A DNA stretch of 64,000 bases, taken from the NCBI GenBank assembly GCA_035528895.1, contig DATKXS010000038.1, positions 23,895-87,894 on the forward strand, in the 5' to 3' direction. This stretch comes from Candidatus Desulfaltia sp. (GTDB lineage Bacteria > Acidobacteriota > Aminicenantia > Aminicenantales > UBA8522). This document shows, piece by piece, positions 1 to 10,149 of this stretch. The position numbers and the translations under genes are program-made. How positions within the stretch are numbered: the stretch's first letter is position 1; each line of letters opens with the position of its first letter. The notes beneath the pieces are model-generated. The model was not told the origin of the DNA, ran no database searches, and was given only the letters and a program-made list of their open reading frames with translations.

Positions 1-209
1 TTGGCGACCGGGGAAGCCTCGCCGAGCGGCGCGAGAAGCTCGATCTGGGAGCCCTCGGCAAAACGGAGATGGACGAGACGCACCCCCTTTTCCGGGATCT
101 CTTCGATCGGACCCGGCACGGCTCCGAACAGGGCCGCCCATTTGGCCAGGCTCTCTTCCAGGTTGGAGACTGCGATCCCGATGTGGTGGATGCCTTTGAA
201 CTTCATCAT
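1..209 (-). CDS. mce: Methylmalonyl-CoA epimerase (glyoxalase/VOC family), N-terminal part; gene runs off the window edge
   Basis: Reverse-strand translation MMKFKGIHHIGIAVSNLEESLAKWAALFGAVPGPIEEIPEKGVRLVHLRF... is typical of the VOC-fold epimerase N-terminus. Its ATG overlaps the meaB stop (ATGA), suggesting translational coupling. Confidence 0.55.
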   Translation of the reverse strand, partial: MMKFKGIHHIGIAVSNLEESLAKWAALFGAVPGPIEEIPEKGVRLVHLRFAEGSQIELLAPLGEASPVA

Positions 210-1132
210 TTCTCCTTCAACCGGGAGATCAACTCATCAGCAACGGTGTAGGGATCGGTCTGGCGACGATAGATCCTGTCGATAAACCCCTCGAAGACCG
301 ACTCCGGAATGTCCCGGCTGATGAGCCGATCGATCTTCTCCCGCATCACATCCCTCAGCATCCAGGCGAGGAGCTTTTTCCGGCGGGCCTCTTGGAAGAG
401 ACGGTCCCTGGTGACGATGCGCCTCTCGATCTCGGCCATCAGCCCATTCATCCCTTTCCCCTTGGTAGCCACGGTCTTGACCACCGCCGGCTGCTCCTGG
501 GTGGGAAGACCCAGCTCGAGCATCGCCCGGATTTGCCGTTCCATTTTCTCTGCGCCCGGATGGTCGGCCTTGTTGATGACGAAGACGTCGGCGATCTCCA
601 TGATCCCGGCTTTGAAAGTCTGGATCTCATCGCCGGCTCCCGGAGTGAGGACGACAAGGATGAGGTCGGCCAGTTTGACGACCTCGACCTCGTCTTGACC
701 GACGCCGACCGTTTCGACCAGGACGTAGTCCTTGCCGGCCGCTTCGAAAATGGTGATGGCTTCTCCCGTGGCCTTGGCCAGGCCGCCGAGATGGCCGCGG
801 GTGGCCATGCTGCGGATGAAGACTTCGGCGTCGACGCTGTGCCGCATCATCCTGATCCGGTCGCCCAAGATGGCCCCCCCGCTGAAGGGAGACGAAGGGT
901 CGACGGCCACGATCCCGATCTTGCGGCGGGCCGCCCGGAGCCGTCCGATGAGCTGGTCGACCAGAGTACTCTTCCCGGTTCCCGGCGCTCCTGTTATCCC
1001 CAGCACAACGGCGTCTTTCCGCCAGGCAAATACCTGCTTCATCAAGCGCTGGGCGGTGTCCGCGTTGTTTTCCACGAGAGAGATAGCCTTGGCAATGGCC
1101 CGAGGGTTCCCTCTCCGGATCTCTCTGATCAA
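206..1132 (-). CDS. meaB: Methylmalonyl-CoA mutase-associated GTPase MeaB/ArgK (G3E family)
   Basis: P-loop GITGAPGTGKST, a VETVGVGQ switch and a NKAD motif; length and overall pattern match LAO/AO transport-system ATPases. Confidence 0.85.
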   Translation of the reverse strand: MIREIRRGNPRAIAKAISLVENNADTAQRLMKQVFAWRKDAVVLGITGAPGTGKSTLVDQLIGRLRAARRKIGIVAVDPSSPFSGGAILGDRIRMMRHSVDAEVFIRSMATRGHLGGLAKATGEAITIFEAAGKDYVLVETVGVGQDEVEVVKLADLILVVLTPGAGDEIQTFKAGIMEIADVFVINKADHPGAEKMERQIRAMLELGLPTQEQPAVVKTVATKGKGMNGLMAEIERRIVTRDRLFQEARRKKLLAWMLRDVMREKIDRLISRDIPESVFEGFIDRIYRRQTDPYTVADELISRLKEK

Positions 1133-1137
1133 ATCTC

Positions 1138-2283
1138 TTAGTACTCCGATAAGACCTTCTGGGCGATGATCCAGCGCTGGATCTCGGATGTCCCCTCCCC
1201 GATGGTTGCCAGCTTGGAATCCCGGTAGAACTTCTCCACGGGATAATCCTTGATAAAACCGTAGCCACCGAGGATCTGGACCGCGTTCGAGGAGGCCCGG
1301 ACGGCGAGCTCCGAGGCATAAAGCTTTGCCATGGCCGATTCTTTAGGGATCTTCTTCCCCTGGTCCTCTAAAAAGGCGGCGCGGAAGGTCAGCAGGCGGG
1401 CCGCTTCGAGCTCGGTGAACCCGTCGGCCAGCATCCACTGAATAGCCTGGAAATTGGCTATGGGCTGGTCGAACTGGACCCGCTCCTTGGCGTATTTCAG
1501 GGCCGCTTCCAGCGCGCCCGCCGCCACTCCCAGTGAAAAACCGGCGATGCTCACTCGGCCGCCGTCCAGGATGGCCATGGCCGCCCGGTAGCCCTCGTTC
1601 TCCTTGCCGAGCAGGTTCTCGGCGGGAACCTTGACGTCCTCAAAAACGAGCTCGGAGGTGTCGGCCGCCCGGATACCCAGCTTGTCCTCCTTCTTGCCCG
1701 GAAGGAATCCCGGCATCCCTTTTTCCAGGATGAACGCCGAAATGCCCTTCCTCCCCTTGGCCGGGTCGGTGAGCGCCATGACGACACAGATCTCGGCGAG
1801 AGATCCATTGGTGATGAACAGCTTGGTCCCGTTCAGGATCCAGTGGTCTCCCTTCTTCTCGGCCCGCGTCTTCATAGCGGCGGCATCGGAGCCCGCGGCG
1901 GCCTCCGTCAACCCCCAGGCGCCCAGCGTTTGGCCTTCGGCCAGCCGGGTCAGGTATTTCTTCTTCTGCTCCGGCGTGCCGAAGAGGCTGATATGGTTGG
2001 AGCAGAGAGAATTATGGGCGGCGACGACCAGCCCCACCGAAGGATCGACCTTGGAGAGCTCCTCCAATATGATGACATAATCGATGTTCGAATAGCCGCA
2101 GCCTGAATATTCTTGAGGAATGACGATCCCCAGAAGGCCCAGATCGGCCAGTTTTTTGGTCAAGACCTGCGGCCATTCTCCTTTCTCATCGAACTCCTTG
2201 ATGAGCGGCTGGACCTCTTTCTGAGCGAAATTGCGGATCGTCTCCCGGAGGCTCTTCTGTTCTTCGGACAACAAGAAATCCAT
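1138..2283 (-). CDS. Acyl-CoA dehydrogenase (short/branched-chain type)
   Basis: 381 aa with a GLTEAAAGSD-type motif, YGFIKDYPVEKFYRDSK, and a C-terminal flavin-binding region characteristic of acyl-CoA dehydrogenases. Confidence 0.85.
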   Translation of the reverse strand: MDFLLSEEQKSLRETIRNFAQKEVQPLIKEFDEKGEWPQVLTKKLADLGLLGIVIPQEYSGCGYSNIDYVIILEELSKVDPSVGLVVAAHNSLCSNHISLFGTPEQKKKYLTRLAEGQTLGAWGLTEAAAGSDAAAMKTRAEKKGDHWILNGTKLFITNGSLAEICVVMALTDPAKGRKGISAFILEKGMPGFLPGKKEDKLGIRAADTSELVFEDVKVPAENLLGKENEGYRAAMAILDGGRVSIAGFSLGVAAGALEAALKYAKERVQFDQPIANFQAIQWMLADGFTELEAARLLTFRAAFLEDQGKKIPKESAMAKLYASELAVRASSNAVQILGGYGFIKDYPVEKFYRDSKLATIGEGTSEIQRWIIAQKVLSEY

Positions 2284-2361
2284 GGGTCACTCCTTCCCTG
2301 TTTATAGCTTGTTTATCTTACTTTTTGAGGGATTGATAATCAAGCAGATTGTTGAGTCAGT

Positions 2362-4068
2362 TCAATGAGGCTTTTGTCCGTTCTCGACGGCGACCGAAAC
2401 GCCCCCCACGGCTCCGCTCCCCGTCTCCAGATTCCGGATGATCACCCGGCATTCATAAATTCCCGGGGCCAGCTTGAAATCGGCTTCATAGGTGTCTCGG
2501 TTTTTCAAGAACTCGGCGGATGATTCTTCTTCCCGCTTCAGCTCGACCGTGTTCCCGTTTTCGTCGAAAACGATGCTGACGATCTCGTATTTGCCCTGCA
2601 GGACTTCCCGGATTTTATCCAGAGGCAGTTCGGCGGAGAGGCAAAGATTGGAGGTCTTGTCCGGCGGACACGGCCTTCGCACAACTGCTAAGCTGACTGG
2701 CGTCTGGAAGACCGGCTCCTCGTTGAGGGCCAGGTCGACGAGATGAAGCATTTTTTCAAGCTCGTTATACTCTTTGAACAGCTTGGGATTATAGTATCCC
2801 TTCTGGGCGTGGACCTCACATTCCGGCCGGGCGATTTCGACCTTGATCGTGTGGAAGGCGCCGTCCCACTTCTCGTCAATGGCGTAGCCCAGGACGTAAT
2901 AACAGCCGGTCAAGTTCTGGATCTTCTCGATGTGTTCCTCATAGCGGTTGATGTTGCCGAAATACTTGCCTCCCGTGGCGCTGGTCATCTTTTGGAGGGT
3001 GAATACGCCCATCGTCCGGATTTCTTTCTTGAGACTCGCTCCAGCGTCTTCGGTATCCAACGCATAAATGAGGCAATTCGAAGCAGTCAATTCGTGGAGC
3101 ATGTCTTCGTACCGCTGTTTGAGGAGAGAATTCCCGAAGTCTCCAAAACGCACGTCTCCATAGGGGGCCTGGATTCCATAGATGAGGGAATAGGGAACTC
3201 CGGAAGAGAAAAGGACGATATTCTTCTGACCCGATATATAGCGCAGAGCCATGGCCAGTTCTTTGATGCGGTCGGCGAACATCACGGCGTGGAGCTCCCC
3301 TCTCTCTGCGAATTTCAGGGACTTGAGTTCCAACGATCTGTCGAGATCAGGCTTGGCGCCCATATCGGGCAGCCGTTTCTCCGGACCCCGGAGGGTCGCC
3401 CGGCCCCATGCCTCGATATCGACGGGATTCTGCCCCGTCACGGCTTCGTAATATTTTTCCTGGAGATTGTCCACCCGGCCGGAGAGTTTCTTCAGGCCAA
3501 AGGACTCGACGACCTCCCGCACTTTTTTATGGTCGGCCGTCAGATATTCCCAGAGCTCCAGGTTCTCCAAGCCGGAATAGGAGAGGATACCGACCTCATC
3601 CGTCGGCAGGAGGTGGGAGTCGATGAAATGAAGGGCCGCTTCCTTGGCCTTGATGAGCCCTTTGGGGCTATTATGGGCAAAATCGAAGAACAGGAAGAAT
3701 TTGCGCGGCATCAGGTGGCGCGGCGGCAGGAGGGGCGTCTCCTCCAAGCTCACCGGAAGTTCTACTGCACCCGGGGAAGGGAATTTCAAGGTATGCTTCT
3801 CGAATTCGGTGATGACCTGTTCCTTCCCGTTATCGAATATGTGGAAATCGTCCTTCCCTAGGTCCAGGACAGGATTGCCCTTTTTATCCACAACGAAAAC
3901 CTGGACCAGCTTCAGGGTTACGGTGACTTCATGACGGATCTCGGTTTTCTCCTGCGGGTTTTGCTGAGGATAGACGGGCCGCCCGGAAACAGAAAGTGCC
4001 CCTGATATCAGGATGGAAGCTGCGGTCGAAAGGAGAATGGATTTCATTTCCCCTGCTTTCTTTCTCAT
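2362..4068 (-). CDS. Secreted VWA-domain protein with N-terminal VWFA-related Acidobacterial domain
   Basis: Signal-peptide-like N-terminus (MRKKAGEMKSILLSTAASILISGALS). VTVTLKLVQVFVVDKKGNPVLDLGKDDFHIFDNGKEQVITEFE resembles the TIGR03436-type domain. Exact start (M18 vs M25) is uncertain. Confidence 0.6.
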   Translation of the reverse strand: MRKKAGEMKSILLSTAASILISGALSVSGRPVYPQQNPQEKTEIRHEVTVTLKLVQVFVVDKKGNPVLDLGKDDFHIFDNGKEQVITEFEKHTLKFPSPGAVELPVSLEETPLLPPRHLMPRKFFLFFDFAHNSPKGLIKAKEAALHFIDSHLLPTDEVGILSYSGLENLELWEYLTADHKKVREVVESFGLKKLSGRVDNLQEKYYEAVTGQNPVDIEAWGRATLRGPEKRLPDMGAKPDLDRSLELKSLKFAERGELHAVMFADRIKELAMALRYISGQKNIVLFSSGVPYSLIYGIQAPYGDVRFGDFGNSLLKQRYEDMLHELTASNCLIYALDTEDAGASLKKEIRTMGVFTLQKMTSATGGKYFGNINRYEEHIEKIQNLTGCYYVLGYAIDEKWDGAFHTIKVEIARPECEVHAQKGYYNPKLFKEYNELEKMLHLVDLALNEEPVFQTPVSLAVVRRPCPPDKTSNLCLSAELPLDKIREVLQGKYEIVSIVFDENGNTVELKREEESSAEFLKNRDTYEADFKLAPGIYECRVIIRNLETGSGAVGGVSVAVENGQKPH

Positions 4069-4144
4069 TTTAGCGCCGTTCTTCGAGAAAGACAAGAAGG
4101 CGTCTCGCCGCATTGACACCGGTCTTTCTTTCAGCTACATTCGA

Positions 4145-4417
4145 ATGATGATAGGCGGTCTCTTCCGGTTCCTCTTTTACTTCATCGTTGCCTACGTCAT
4201 TTATGTCTTTCTCCGCTTTTTGTTGTTCCCGCGGCGTCCTTCTCGTCCAGGCCGGTCGCGCCCGCAGCTTTCCGGAATCATGGTCAAGGATGAGGTTTGC
4301 AATACCTACCTTCCCCGAGACGAGGCCATCCTGGAAACGACGGACGGAGAGGACCATTATTTCTGCTCCCAGGAATGCCGGCGGAAATTCTTGGAGCAGC
4401 GAAAAAAGCGGAGCTGA
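4145..4417 (+). CDS. Small membrane protein with C-terminal YHS/TRASH-like metal-binding domain
   Basis: Hydrophobic N-terminus (MMIGGLFRFLFYFIVAYVIYVFL) followed by VKDEVCNTYLPRDEAILETTDGEDHYFCSQECRRKF, a YHS-type pattern. The longer 4013 start would overlap the upstream gene. Confidence 0.5.
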   Translation: MMIGGLFRFLFYFIVAYVIYVFLRFLLFPRRPSRPGRSRPQLSGIMVKDEVCNTYLPRDEAILETTDGEDHYFCSQECRRKFLEQRKKRS

Positions 4418-4426
4418 GTCTCTTGG

Positions 4427-4705
4427 TCAGCCCCAAACAACTCGGAAATCGCTGAACGCGTCCCGGCAATCTTCCCAGGTCACCGCGACATTCTCGACAA
4501 AGGCCGAGGGTGGCCCCTGTTTCAGTTTAGCGATGAGGGCCGCCAGGCTCTCCTTCTCGCCCTCCGCCAGGGCCTCCACCCGGCCGTCCGGCAAGTTCTT
4601 GACCCAGCCCGAAAGTCCCAGGGAGACCGCCCAGCGCCGAGTGTGGTCACGGAAAAATACGCCTTGAACCCGTCCGGAAACAAGGATACGGGCTCTTGCT
4701 TTCAT
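4427..4705 (-). CDS. acyP: Acylphosphatase
   Basis: MKARARILVSGRVQGVFFRDHTRRWAVSLGLSGWVKNLPDGRVE... carries the VQGVFFR and GWVKN signature motifs; about 92 aa counted from the internal Met. Confidence 0.85.
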   Translation of the reverse strand: MKARARILVSGRVQGVFFRDHTRRWAVSLGLSGWVKNLPDGRVEALAEGEKESLAALIAKLKQGPPSAFVENVAVTWEDCRDAFSDFRVVWG

Positions 4706-4796
4706 CGCTTTTGTCAATATGCTAACATAGGCCCGCCGGGTCGTAAAGCCTTGAGGCGATATTCTGAATGCATCTCTATTCTCAATAGGTTCTGTC

Positions 4797-5567
4797 TTGG
4801 ATAAAGTCCTCGTCTCGATCGCCGGATACGACCCTTCCGGCGGGGCCGGCGTTCTTCTGGACATCGCTGTTTTCCGGCGCTTAGGTTTCCCCGGCGGGGG
4901 CCTCCTGACCGCCGTAACCGCCCAGAACAGCCGAACGGTGGCCGCAGTCCGCTGCCTGGGCGGTTCCTTTCTTTATCGCCAGTATGAAACGCTCGTCCAG
5001 GATGTGGGTTTGGCCGGGATCAAGGTCGGCATGCTCGGCGGCCCGGGGAATATCGCTGCGCTGGGGCGCATCCTGGCCAATCACGAAGGCCTACCCGTCG
5101 TCGTCGACCCTGTGTTCCGGTCAAGCTCGGGCCGCTGGCTTCTGGATAAAAAAGCCGTTCCCTCCTACCTCGATAAGATCAAAGGCCGGATCACGCTCTT
5201 GACGCCGAATCTGGATGAGGCCTCTCTAATCTTTGGGCGCAGGCTGAGAAAACCCGTGGACATGAAAGAGGCTGCCCGCAAGATCGTCGACCTCGTCGCC
5301 GCACCCTGTTTGATCAAGGGCGGACACCTGGCCGGGAAAGCGGAGGACGTGCTCTACGACGGCCGTCGGTTCTTCCTCTTCCCTCACAAGAGAATTGCCA
5401 AGGACGTCCACGGCACAGGCTGCTTCCTCTCTTCGAGCCTGCTCTGCTATCTTGTCATGAAAAAATCATTGGTCGAAGCCTGTTCCCTCGCCTCTGAGTT
5501 CACCCAAGCGGCTATGAAAAAAGCCGTCCATCTGGGAAAGGGCCGGGCGATATTCCTCGAGTTCTAG
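4797..5567 (+). CDS. thiD: Hydroxymethylpyrimidine/phosphomethylpyrimidine kinase
   Basis: IAGYDPSGGAGVLLDIAVF N-terminal motif, VKVGMLG, and a C-terminal GTGC motif of the ThiD/PdxK ribokinase-like family. Confidence 0.8.
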   Translation: MDKVLVSIAGYDPSGGAGVLLDIAVFRRLGFPGGGLLTAVTAQNSRTVAAVRCLGGSFLYRQYETLVQDVGLAGIKVGMLGGPGNIAALGRILANHEGLPVVVDPVFRSSSGRWLLDKKAVPSYLDKIKGRITLLTPNLDEASLIFGRRLRKPVDMKEAARKIVDLVAAPCLIKGGHLAGKAEDVLYDGRRFFLFPHKRIAKDVHGTGCFLSSSLLCYLVMKKSLVEACSLASEFTQAAMKKAVHLGKGRAIFLEF

Positions 5568-5581
5568 GGAACCCGAATCCT

Positions 5582-6595
5582 TCACCGCTCGATTTCTGAC
5601 TGCTCTAAAGAGCCTTCCGACTTTATAATGTCATCCGCCCGCTCCAGTATCTGAGGCGAGAACCGGACGCCCTGCATGCCGGCGGCCGGAAGATTGAGGG
5701 AAAGCCGCACCCGGCTCATGGATTGAATGGGGATGCGGCCGGGGTCTTCGCCGTTCTTGATCCGTAGGGCGATCTCACCGGTCTTATAGCCCATCTCGAA
5801 AAAGTCCCAGCCCATGGCCGCGCAGGCACCCAGCCGGGTGAAGAGGGGGAATCCGCCGAACAGCGGGACCGCGTTTTCTATCGCCAGTCGTCCCAGGGAT
5901 TCGAAGGCGGCGTTGATCGTGTTGTCGGAAATCGGAAATATGGCATCGACCTTCTTGTTGAGCAGCATCTGTCCGGAGAGCAGGACTTCATTGGAGTTGG
6001 CCACGGGCAGAGCGATCACTTCGAGCCCCAACTCCGCGGCCCCTTCCCGCAACAAACGAAGATAGTACTCGGAGTTGATTTCGGCCGGCGTCCACAGCGT
6101 TCCGATCCGCCTCGCCTCCGGCAAAACCTCCTGGATAAAGGCGAGGGTCTGCTTGATCGGCCCGGTGGAAGCGACCCCGGTGACATTGCGGACATGGTTC
6201 TCGGCAGACCTGCCCACACCGAGAAGATACGGGTTGGCCACCGAGGTGAAGACGACAGGGACCTTCGGAGCGGCCATGATGGCCGCCTGCAGGCACTGCG
6301 TGGACATCGCCACGATCATGTCCGTTTTCTCCTCAACGAACTGCTGGGCGATCCGCTGGGCTTCGGTGATGTCGCCCCTGGCATTCCGCTGGATCAATCG
6401 GATATCGACCCCGTCCCTCAGGCCGCCGTCCGTCAAAGCCTGGACGAAGCCCTTCCGGGCCTCGTTCAGCGTTGGGGCGTCGGTCACCTGAAAGATGCCG
6501 AAGGTGTAGAGTTTTTGCTCCGATTTCCGGCAGCCCGGGAACAAGCCGCCCATCAGGAAAAAAAAGGCCAAGCCGACAAGGGCGCGTCTTCTCAT
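5582..6595 (-). CDS. ABC-transporter substrate-binding lipoprotein (PF04392-like)
   Basis: Lipoprotein signal (LFPGC), then YTFGIFQVTDAPTLNEARKGFVQAL, which matches the BMP-like 'ABC_sub_bind' pattern. Start chosen at the internal Met before the signal peptide. Confidence 0.55.
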   Translation of the reverse strand: MRRRALVGLAFFFLMGGLFPGCRKSEQKLYTFGIFQVTDAPTLNEARKGFVQALTDGGLRDGVDIRLIQRNARGDITEAQRIAQQFVEEKTDMIVAMSTQCLQAAIMAAPKVPVVFTSVANPYLLGVGRSAENHVRNVTGVASTGPIKQTLAFIQEVLPEARRIGTLWTPAEINSEYYLRLLREGAAELGLEVIALPVANSNEVLLSGQMLLNKKVDAIFPISDNTINAAFESLGRLAIENAVPLFGGFPLFTRLGACAAMGWDFFEMGYKTGEIALRIKNGEDPGRIPIQSMSRVRLSLNLPAAGMQGVRFSPQILERADDIIKSEGSLEQSEIER

Positions 6596-6652
6596 CCGGT
6601 TCTGCGATGAAATCATAGGCAAAAAGGCCGCAAAGAGCAAGGGCAAACCCGC

Positions 6653-7618
6653 TCAGGGAGAGCGCATGGCATCCCGGAAATCCCGGGCAGCGATGTTCCC
6701 GCCGCTGACCACCAGGACCGTCTTCTTCGCTTGAAAACGCGACCGGTCTTCCAGAAGGCCGGCGAGAGAGAGCGCTCCCGCCCCTTCCACCATCCTCTGA
6801 TGGAGCTCCAGGATCAAAGACATCGCCCTCTTGAGAAGAGGTTCTTCGACGAGGATTATTCGGTCTAGAAGCTCTCGGCACAGCGGGAATGTGATCGAGC
6901 CGGGCTCGATCCCGCCGGCGACGGCCTCGGCGATCGTCTCTCCTTCTTCGATCTCGACGATGTGTCCGGCGGCCAGTGAAGCCGCCATGAAGCCCGAGCA
7001 GGACGGTTCGACGCCGGAGACCTCGACGGTCCTGCCGGAGGCCTTGAGATAGCCGGCGATCCCGGCGATGAGCCCCCCCCCTCCGACCGGCACGAGCGCA
7101 GCCTCAACGTCGGGGAGGTCTTCGTAGATTTCCAGGCCGATCGTCCCCTGCCCGGCGATAATATCCTCGTCGTTGTAGGGAGAGATAAAGGTTTTCCCGG
7201 TCTCTTCGGCCAGGCACCGCGCCCAGATCTCCGCCTTATCGCAACTTTCCCCGTGGACAATGATCTCGGCCGGTCCTTCTTCCAGGCGCCTTTTTTTCTC
7301 TGCCGATACGTTTTGCGGCAGGACGAGCGCCAGCGGAAGGCTTTCCATCTCCGCGGCCAAGCTGATCCCCAGCCCGTGGTTCCCGGTCGACGCCGAGACG
7401 ACCCCCCGGTTCCTTTCCTCCGGCGAAAGAGACCGGATCTTGTTCAACGCTCCGCGGAACTTGAACGACCCGGTCCGCTGCTCGCTTTCCCATTTCAGGA
7501 AGACCTCTGCTCCCGTCAAGGCGCTCAAGGCGGGGGAAAATTCAAGAGGGGTGCGGCGGATGTCCGGGCCGATCCTTCCGTAGGCGGCAATGATTTTTTC
7601 CTGCCAATCCAGAGACAT
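6653..7618 (-). CDS. Threonine/serine dehydratase family (PLP fold-type II)
   Basis: SFKFRGALN PLP-lysine motif, GNHG, and the glycine-rich VGGGGLIAGIAG loop; about 320 aa with no ACT domain. Confidence 0.7.
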   Translation of the reverse strand: MSLDWQEKIIAAYGRIGPDIRRTPLEFSPALSALTGAEVFLKWESEQRTGSFKFRGALNKIRSLSPEERNRGVVSASTGNHGLGISLAAEMESLPLALVLPQNVSAEKKRRLEEGPAEIIVHGESCDKAEIWARCLAEETGKTFISPYNDEDIIAGQGTIGLEIYEDLPDVEAALVPVGGGGLIAGIAGYLKASGRTVEVSGVEPSCSGFMAASLAAGHIVEIEEGETIAEAVAGGIEPGSITFPLCRELLDRIILVEEPLLKRAMSLILELHQRMVEGAGALSLAGLLEDRSRFQAKKTVLVVSGGNIAARDFRDAMRSP

Positions 7619-7749
7619 TCCGGAATCCTTTCCCTCGAAAAGTTCCAGATTCTAGTCTAATCCTTTTGGAGATCATTTGCACGGCCGGCCATGGATCGAA
7701 CCTGGAGGCGCTTCCACCGGCGCCGACAAACGATTATAATAGAGGTTCC

Positions 7750-8649
7750 ATGAGCCGCTACTACATCGGGACCGCAGGCTGGAGTTATGCGGACTGGGAG
7801 GGGGTCGTCTACCCGCCGCATAAAGAGCGCGCCTTCCATCCCCTCACCTTCCTGGCCGCCTTCATCAACATGGTCGAGGTCAACAGTACCTTCTACCGCC
7901 CTCCGGCCGCCTCCATGTCGCTCTTATGGGTGAAGAGGCTGGCCGGCTTCCCGGATTTTCTCCTGGCCGTCAAGGCCCACCAAGTCTTCACCCATGACCG
8001 CGTCAACTGGTCGCAAAAGGATGTCGACGAGTTCCGGCTTGGGCTTGAACCCCTGCGGGCTCGGGAGCGCTTGGCGACACTCCTTTTCCAGTTTCCCTGG
8101 TCTTTTCATCACTCCGACGGCCACGCGGATTATCTGGCCCGGCTTTTTCGGGCCTTCTCCGGAGACCCGATGACGGTCGAGGTGCGGCATTCTTCCTGGG
8201 ACCATCCGGATTTCTACGAGATGCTCTCTCATCATCGGGTCTGTTTCTGCAACATCGACCAGCCGGTGATCGGCCAATCCATCGCCCCCGGCGCCCGGGC
8301 GACGATCCGGAACTTCTCCTACGTCAGGCTCCACGGCAGGAACTATAAAGACTGGTTCCGGGAAGAAGCCGGCCGCGACGACCGCTACAACTATCTTTAC
8401 AGCAGCGAAGAGCTCGGGGAATGGGTGGAAAGAATCAAGGACCTCGGCCGAAACACCGACAAGGTCTTCGTCATCACCAACAACCATTACCGCGGCCAGG
8501 CTCTGGCCAACGCCCTCCAGATCAAGAACAAGATCACCGGACAGCTGTTGAACATCCCCAGGACGATGATTCAGAAATATCCCGTCCTCATGGAGATCGC
8601 CAGGAAGCTGGCCAAAGGCCAGCTCGACCTATTCGAGGAAAAAGACTAG
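7750..8649 (+). CDS. DUF72 family protein (YecE-like)
   Basis: MSRYYIGTAGWSYADWEGVVYP... and the HSSW, NNHY motifs are typical of DUF72. Confidence 0.7.
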   Translation: MSRYYIGTAGWSYADWEGVVYPPHKERAFHPLTFLAAFINMVEVNSTFYRPPAASMSLLWVKRLAGFPDFLLAVKAHQVFTHDRVNWSQKDVDEFRLGLEPLRARERLATLLFQFPWSFHHSDGHADYLARLFRAFSGDPMTVEVRHSSWDHPDFYEMLSHHRVCFCNIDQPVIGQSIAPGARATIRNFSYVRLHGRNYKDWFREEAGRDDRYNYLYSSEELGEWVERIKDLGRNTDKVFVITNNHYRGQALANALQIKNKITGQLLNIPRTMIQKYPVLMEIARKLAKGQLDLFEEKD

Positions 8650-8663
8650 GGAAGGAGACCGGC

Positions 8664-9905
8664 GTGTGGTGGGAGAATGAATTCCTGCGGGTGCGGAGAC
8701 GGCGGCTTTATCTCGGCCGGGCCTCGGCCGAACATATCGTTGAGCAGAACGGCACTCCCCTTTTTGTTTACAGTCGGGCTCAGATCTTGTCGAACTACCA
8801 GACCCTGCGTCGGACGTTCTCGAGGCATTTGCGACAGCCGCTGCGGATCTGCTACGCCATGAAGGCCAATTCGCACCGTGGGATCCTGAGGCTGCTGCGG
8901 CGCCAGGGAGCCTGGATCGATGCCGTTTCTCCTCAAGAAGTCGAAGAAGCCCGCCGCGCCGGCTACCCCGGCGGCAAGATCCTCTTCACGGGGACTTCCC
9001 TCAGCGGCGAAGACCTCGGCCGCGTCTTCCGGATCGACGGGCTGACCGTGAATATCGACGCCCTGGAGCAACTGGAGTTGATGCGGGATCTGAAGAACAA
9101 GGGGTTCCGGGAGAAAAGAATCAGGGTCTCGATCCGCTGGAACCCGGGGATCGGACGGGGTTTCAACCCGAAAGTGGTCACGGCCGGGATCAGGTCGCCC
9201 GACGGGACGCCGGTCAAGTTCGGCATCGAAGAGAGCAAAGTCATAACGGCGCTGGAGAGGGCTTCGTCCTATGGATTTCTTCCCGTCGGTCTGCACCAGC
9301 ATCTCGGCTCCGGCTGGGTGAATGAGGACTATGAGGTGGTCAGCGCGGCCGTCGACAAGATAGTGGCCATGGCCCGTCGGGTGGAGAGAGAAGGCTTCCG
9401 GCTGGAGTTCCTGGATTTCGGAGGCGGGTTCGGGCCCCAATATGAAAGGAGTCAGAGAACCTTCCCGCTCGCCAGGTACGCTTCTCATATCGCCCGGCGC
9501 ATCACCGGCTCCGGGCTCCGGGTCGAGGCCGTGGTCATCGAACCCGGAAAATACCTGGTCGCGGACGCCGGCGTCCTGTTGCTCCGGGTCGAATACCTCA
9601 AGGAGAGCTACGGCCAGCTTTTCGCCTGTGTCAACGCCGGCACATTCAACAGCCTCCCCCGCCCGGCCATCTATCCCCAGGCCAAACACCATATCGTCCA
9701 TTGCGGACGTGTCTATAACGGCCGGATGAAGCCACTCACCGTGGCCGGCAACCTCTGTGAAACCGGAGATGTCTTCGCCAAGGAAATTCCGATGCCTCTG
9801 CCGCAGAGGGGTGACGTCCTGGCGGTTCTGTGCGCGGGAGCCTACGGCCGGAGCATGGCCTCCCATTTCAACCTGAGGGATATTCCCCGGGAGATCGTTA
9901 TCTGA
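8664..9905 (+). CDS. lysA: PLP-dependent Orn/DAP/Arg decarboxylase family (diaminopimelate decarboxylase-like)
   Basis: YAMKAN PLP-lysine motif, the EPGKYLVADAG motif and CETGD near the C-terminus. GTG start after a GGAAGGAG RBS. The annotated longer N-terminal extension overlaps DUF72 and was trimmed. Confidence 0.65.
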   Translation: MWWENEFLRVRRRRLYLGRASAEHIVEQNGTPLFVYSRAQILSNYQTLRRTFSRHLRQPLRICYAMKANSHRGILRLLRRQGAWIDAVSPQEVEEARRAGYPGGKILFTGTSLSGEDLGRVFRIDGLTVNIDALEQLELMRDLKNKGFREKRIRVSIRWNPGIGRGFNPKVVTAGIRSPDGTPVKFGIEESKVITALERASSYGFLPVGLHQHLGSGWVNEDYEVVSAAVDKIVAMARRVEREGFRLEFLDFGGGFGPQYERSQRTFPLARYASHIARRITGSGLRVEAVVIEPGKYLVADAGVLLLRVEYLKESYGQLFACVNAGTFNSLPRPAIYPQAKHHIVHCGRVYNGRMKPLTVAGNLCETGDVFAKEIPMPLPQRGDVLAVLCAGAYGRSMASHFNLRDIPREIVI

Positions 9906-10120
9906 GGATCTCCCGCAGCACGCTTTCAAGGTCAGCTTAAAGAAACTCAAACCCGGCCCCGAGCAGGGCCCGCGGCAGGATCCTTTGCCCGGCGAGAAGA
10001 GTCTCTTCGGCCATCGCACTGAAGAGGAGACGAAGCAGGTAAAAGATATAGGGCTCCAGGTTTTCGTTGGGACCATGGAGGCCGTCTTATCCCGGGGAGA
10101 AAAGCAAGCCTTTATCGGCC

Positions 10121-10149
10121 TTGACACTCCGCAAACAAAAAAATATAAC
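10121..10149 (+). promoter_or_regulatory. Sigma70-like promoter, TTGACA-17 nt-TATAAC, upstream of the DUF2961 gene
   Basis: Near-consensus -35 (10121-10126) and -10 (10144-10149) with a 17-nt spacer, about 50 nt upstream of an AAGGAGG RBS and TTG start at 10202. Confidence 0.4.
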
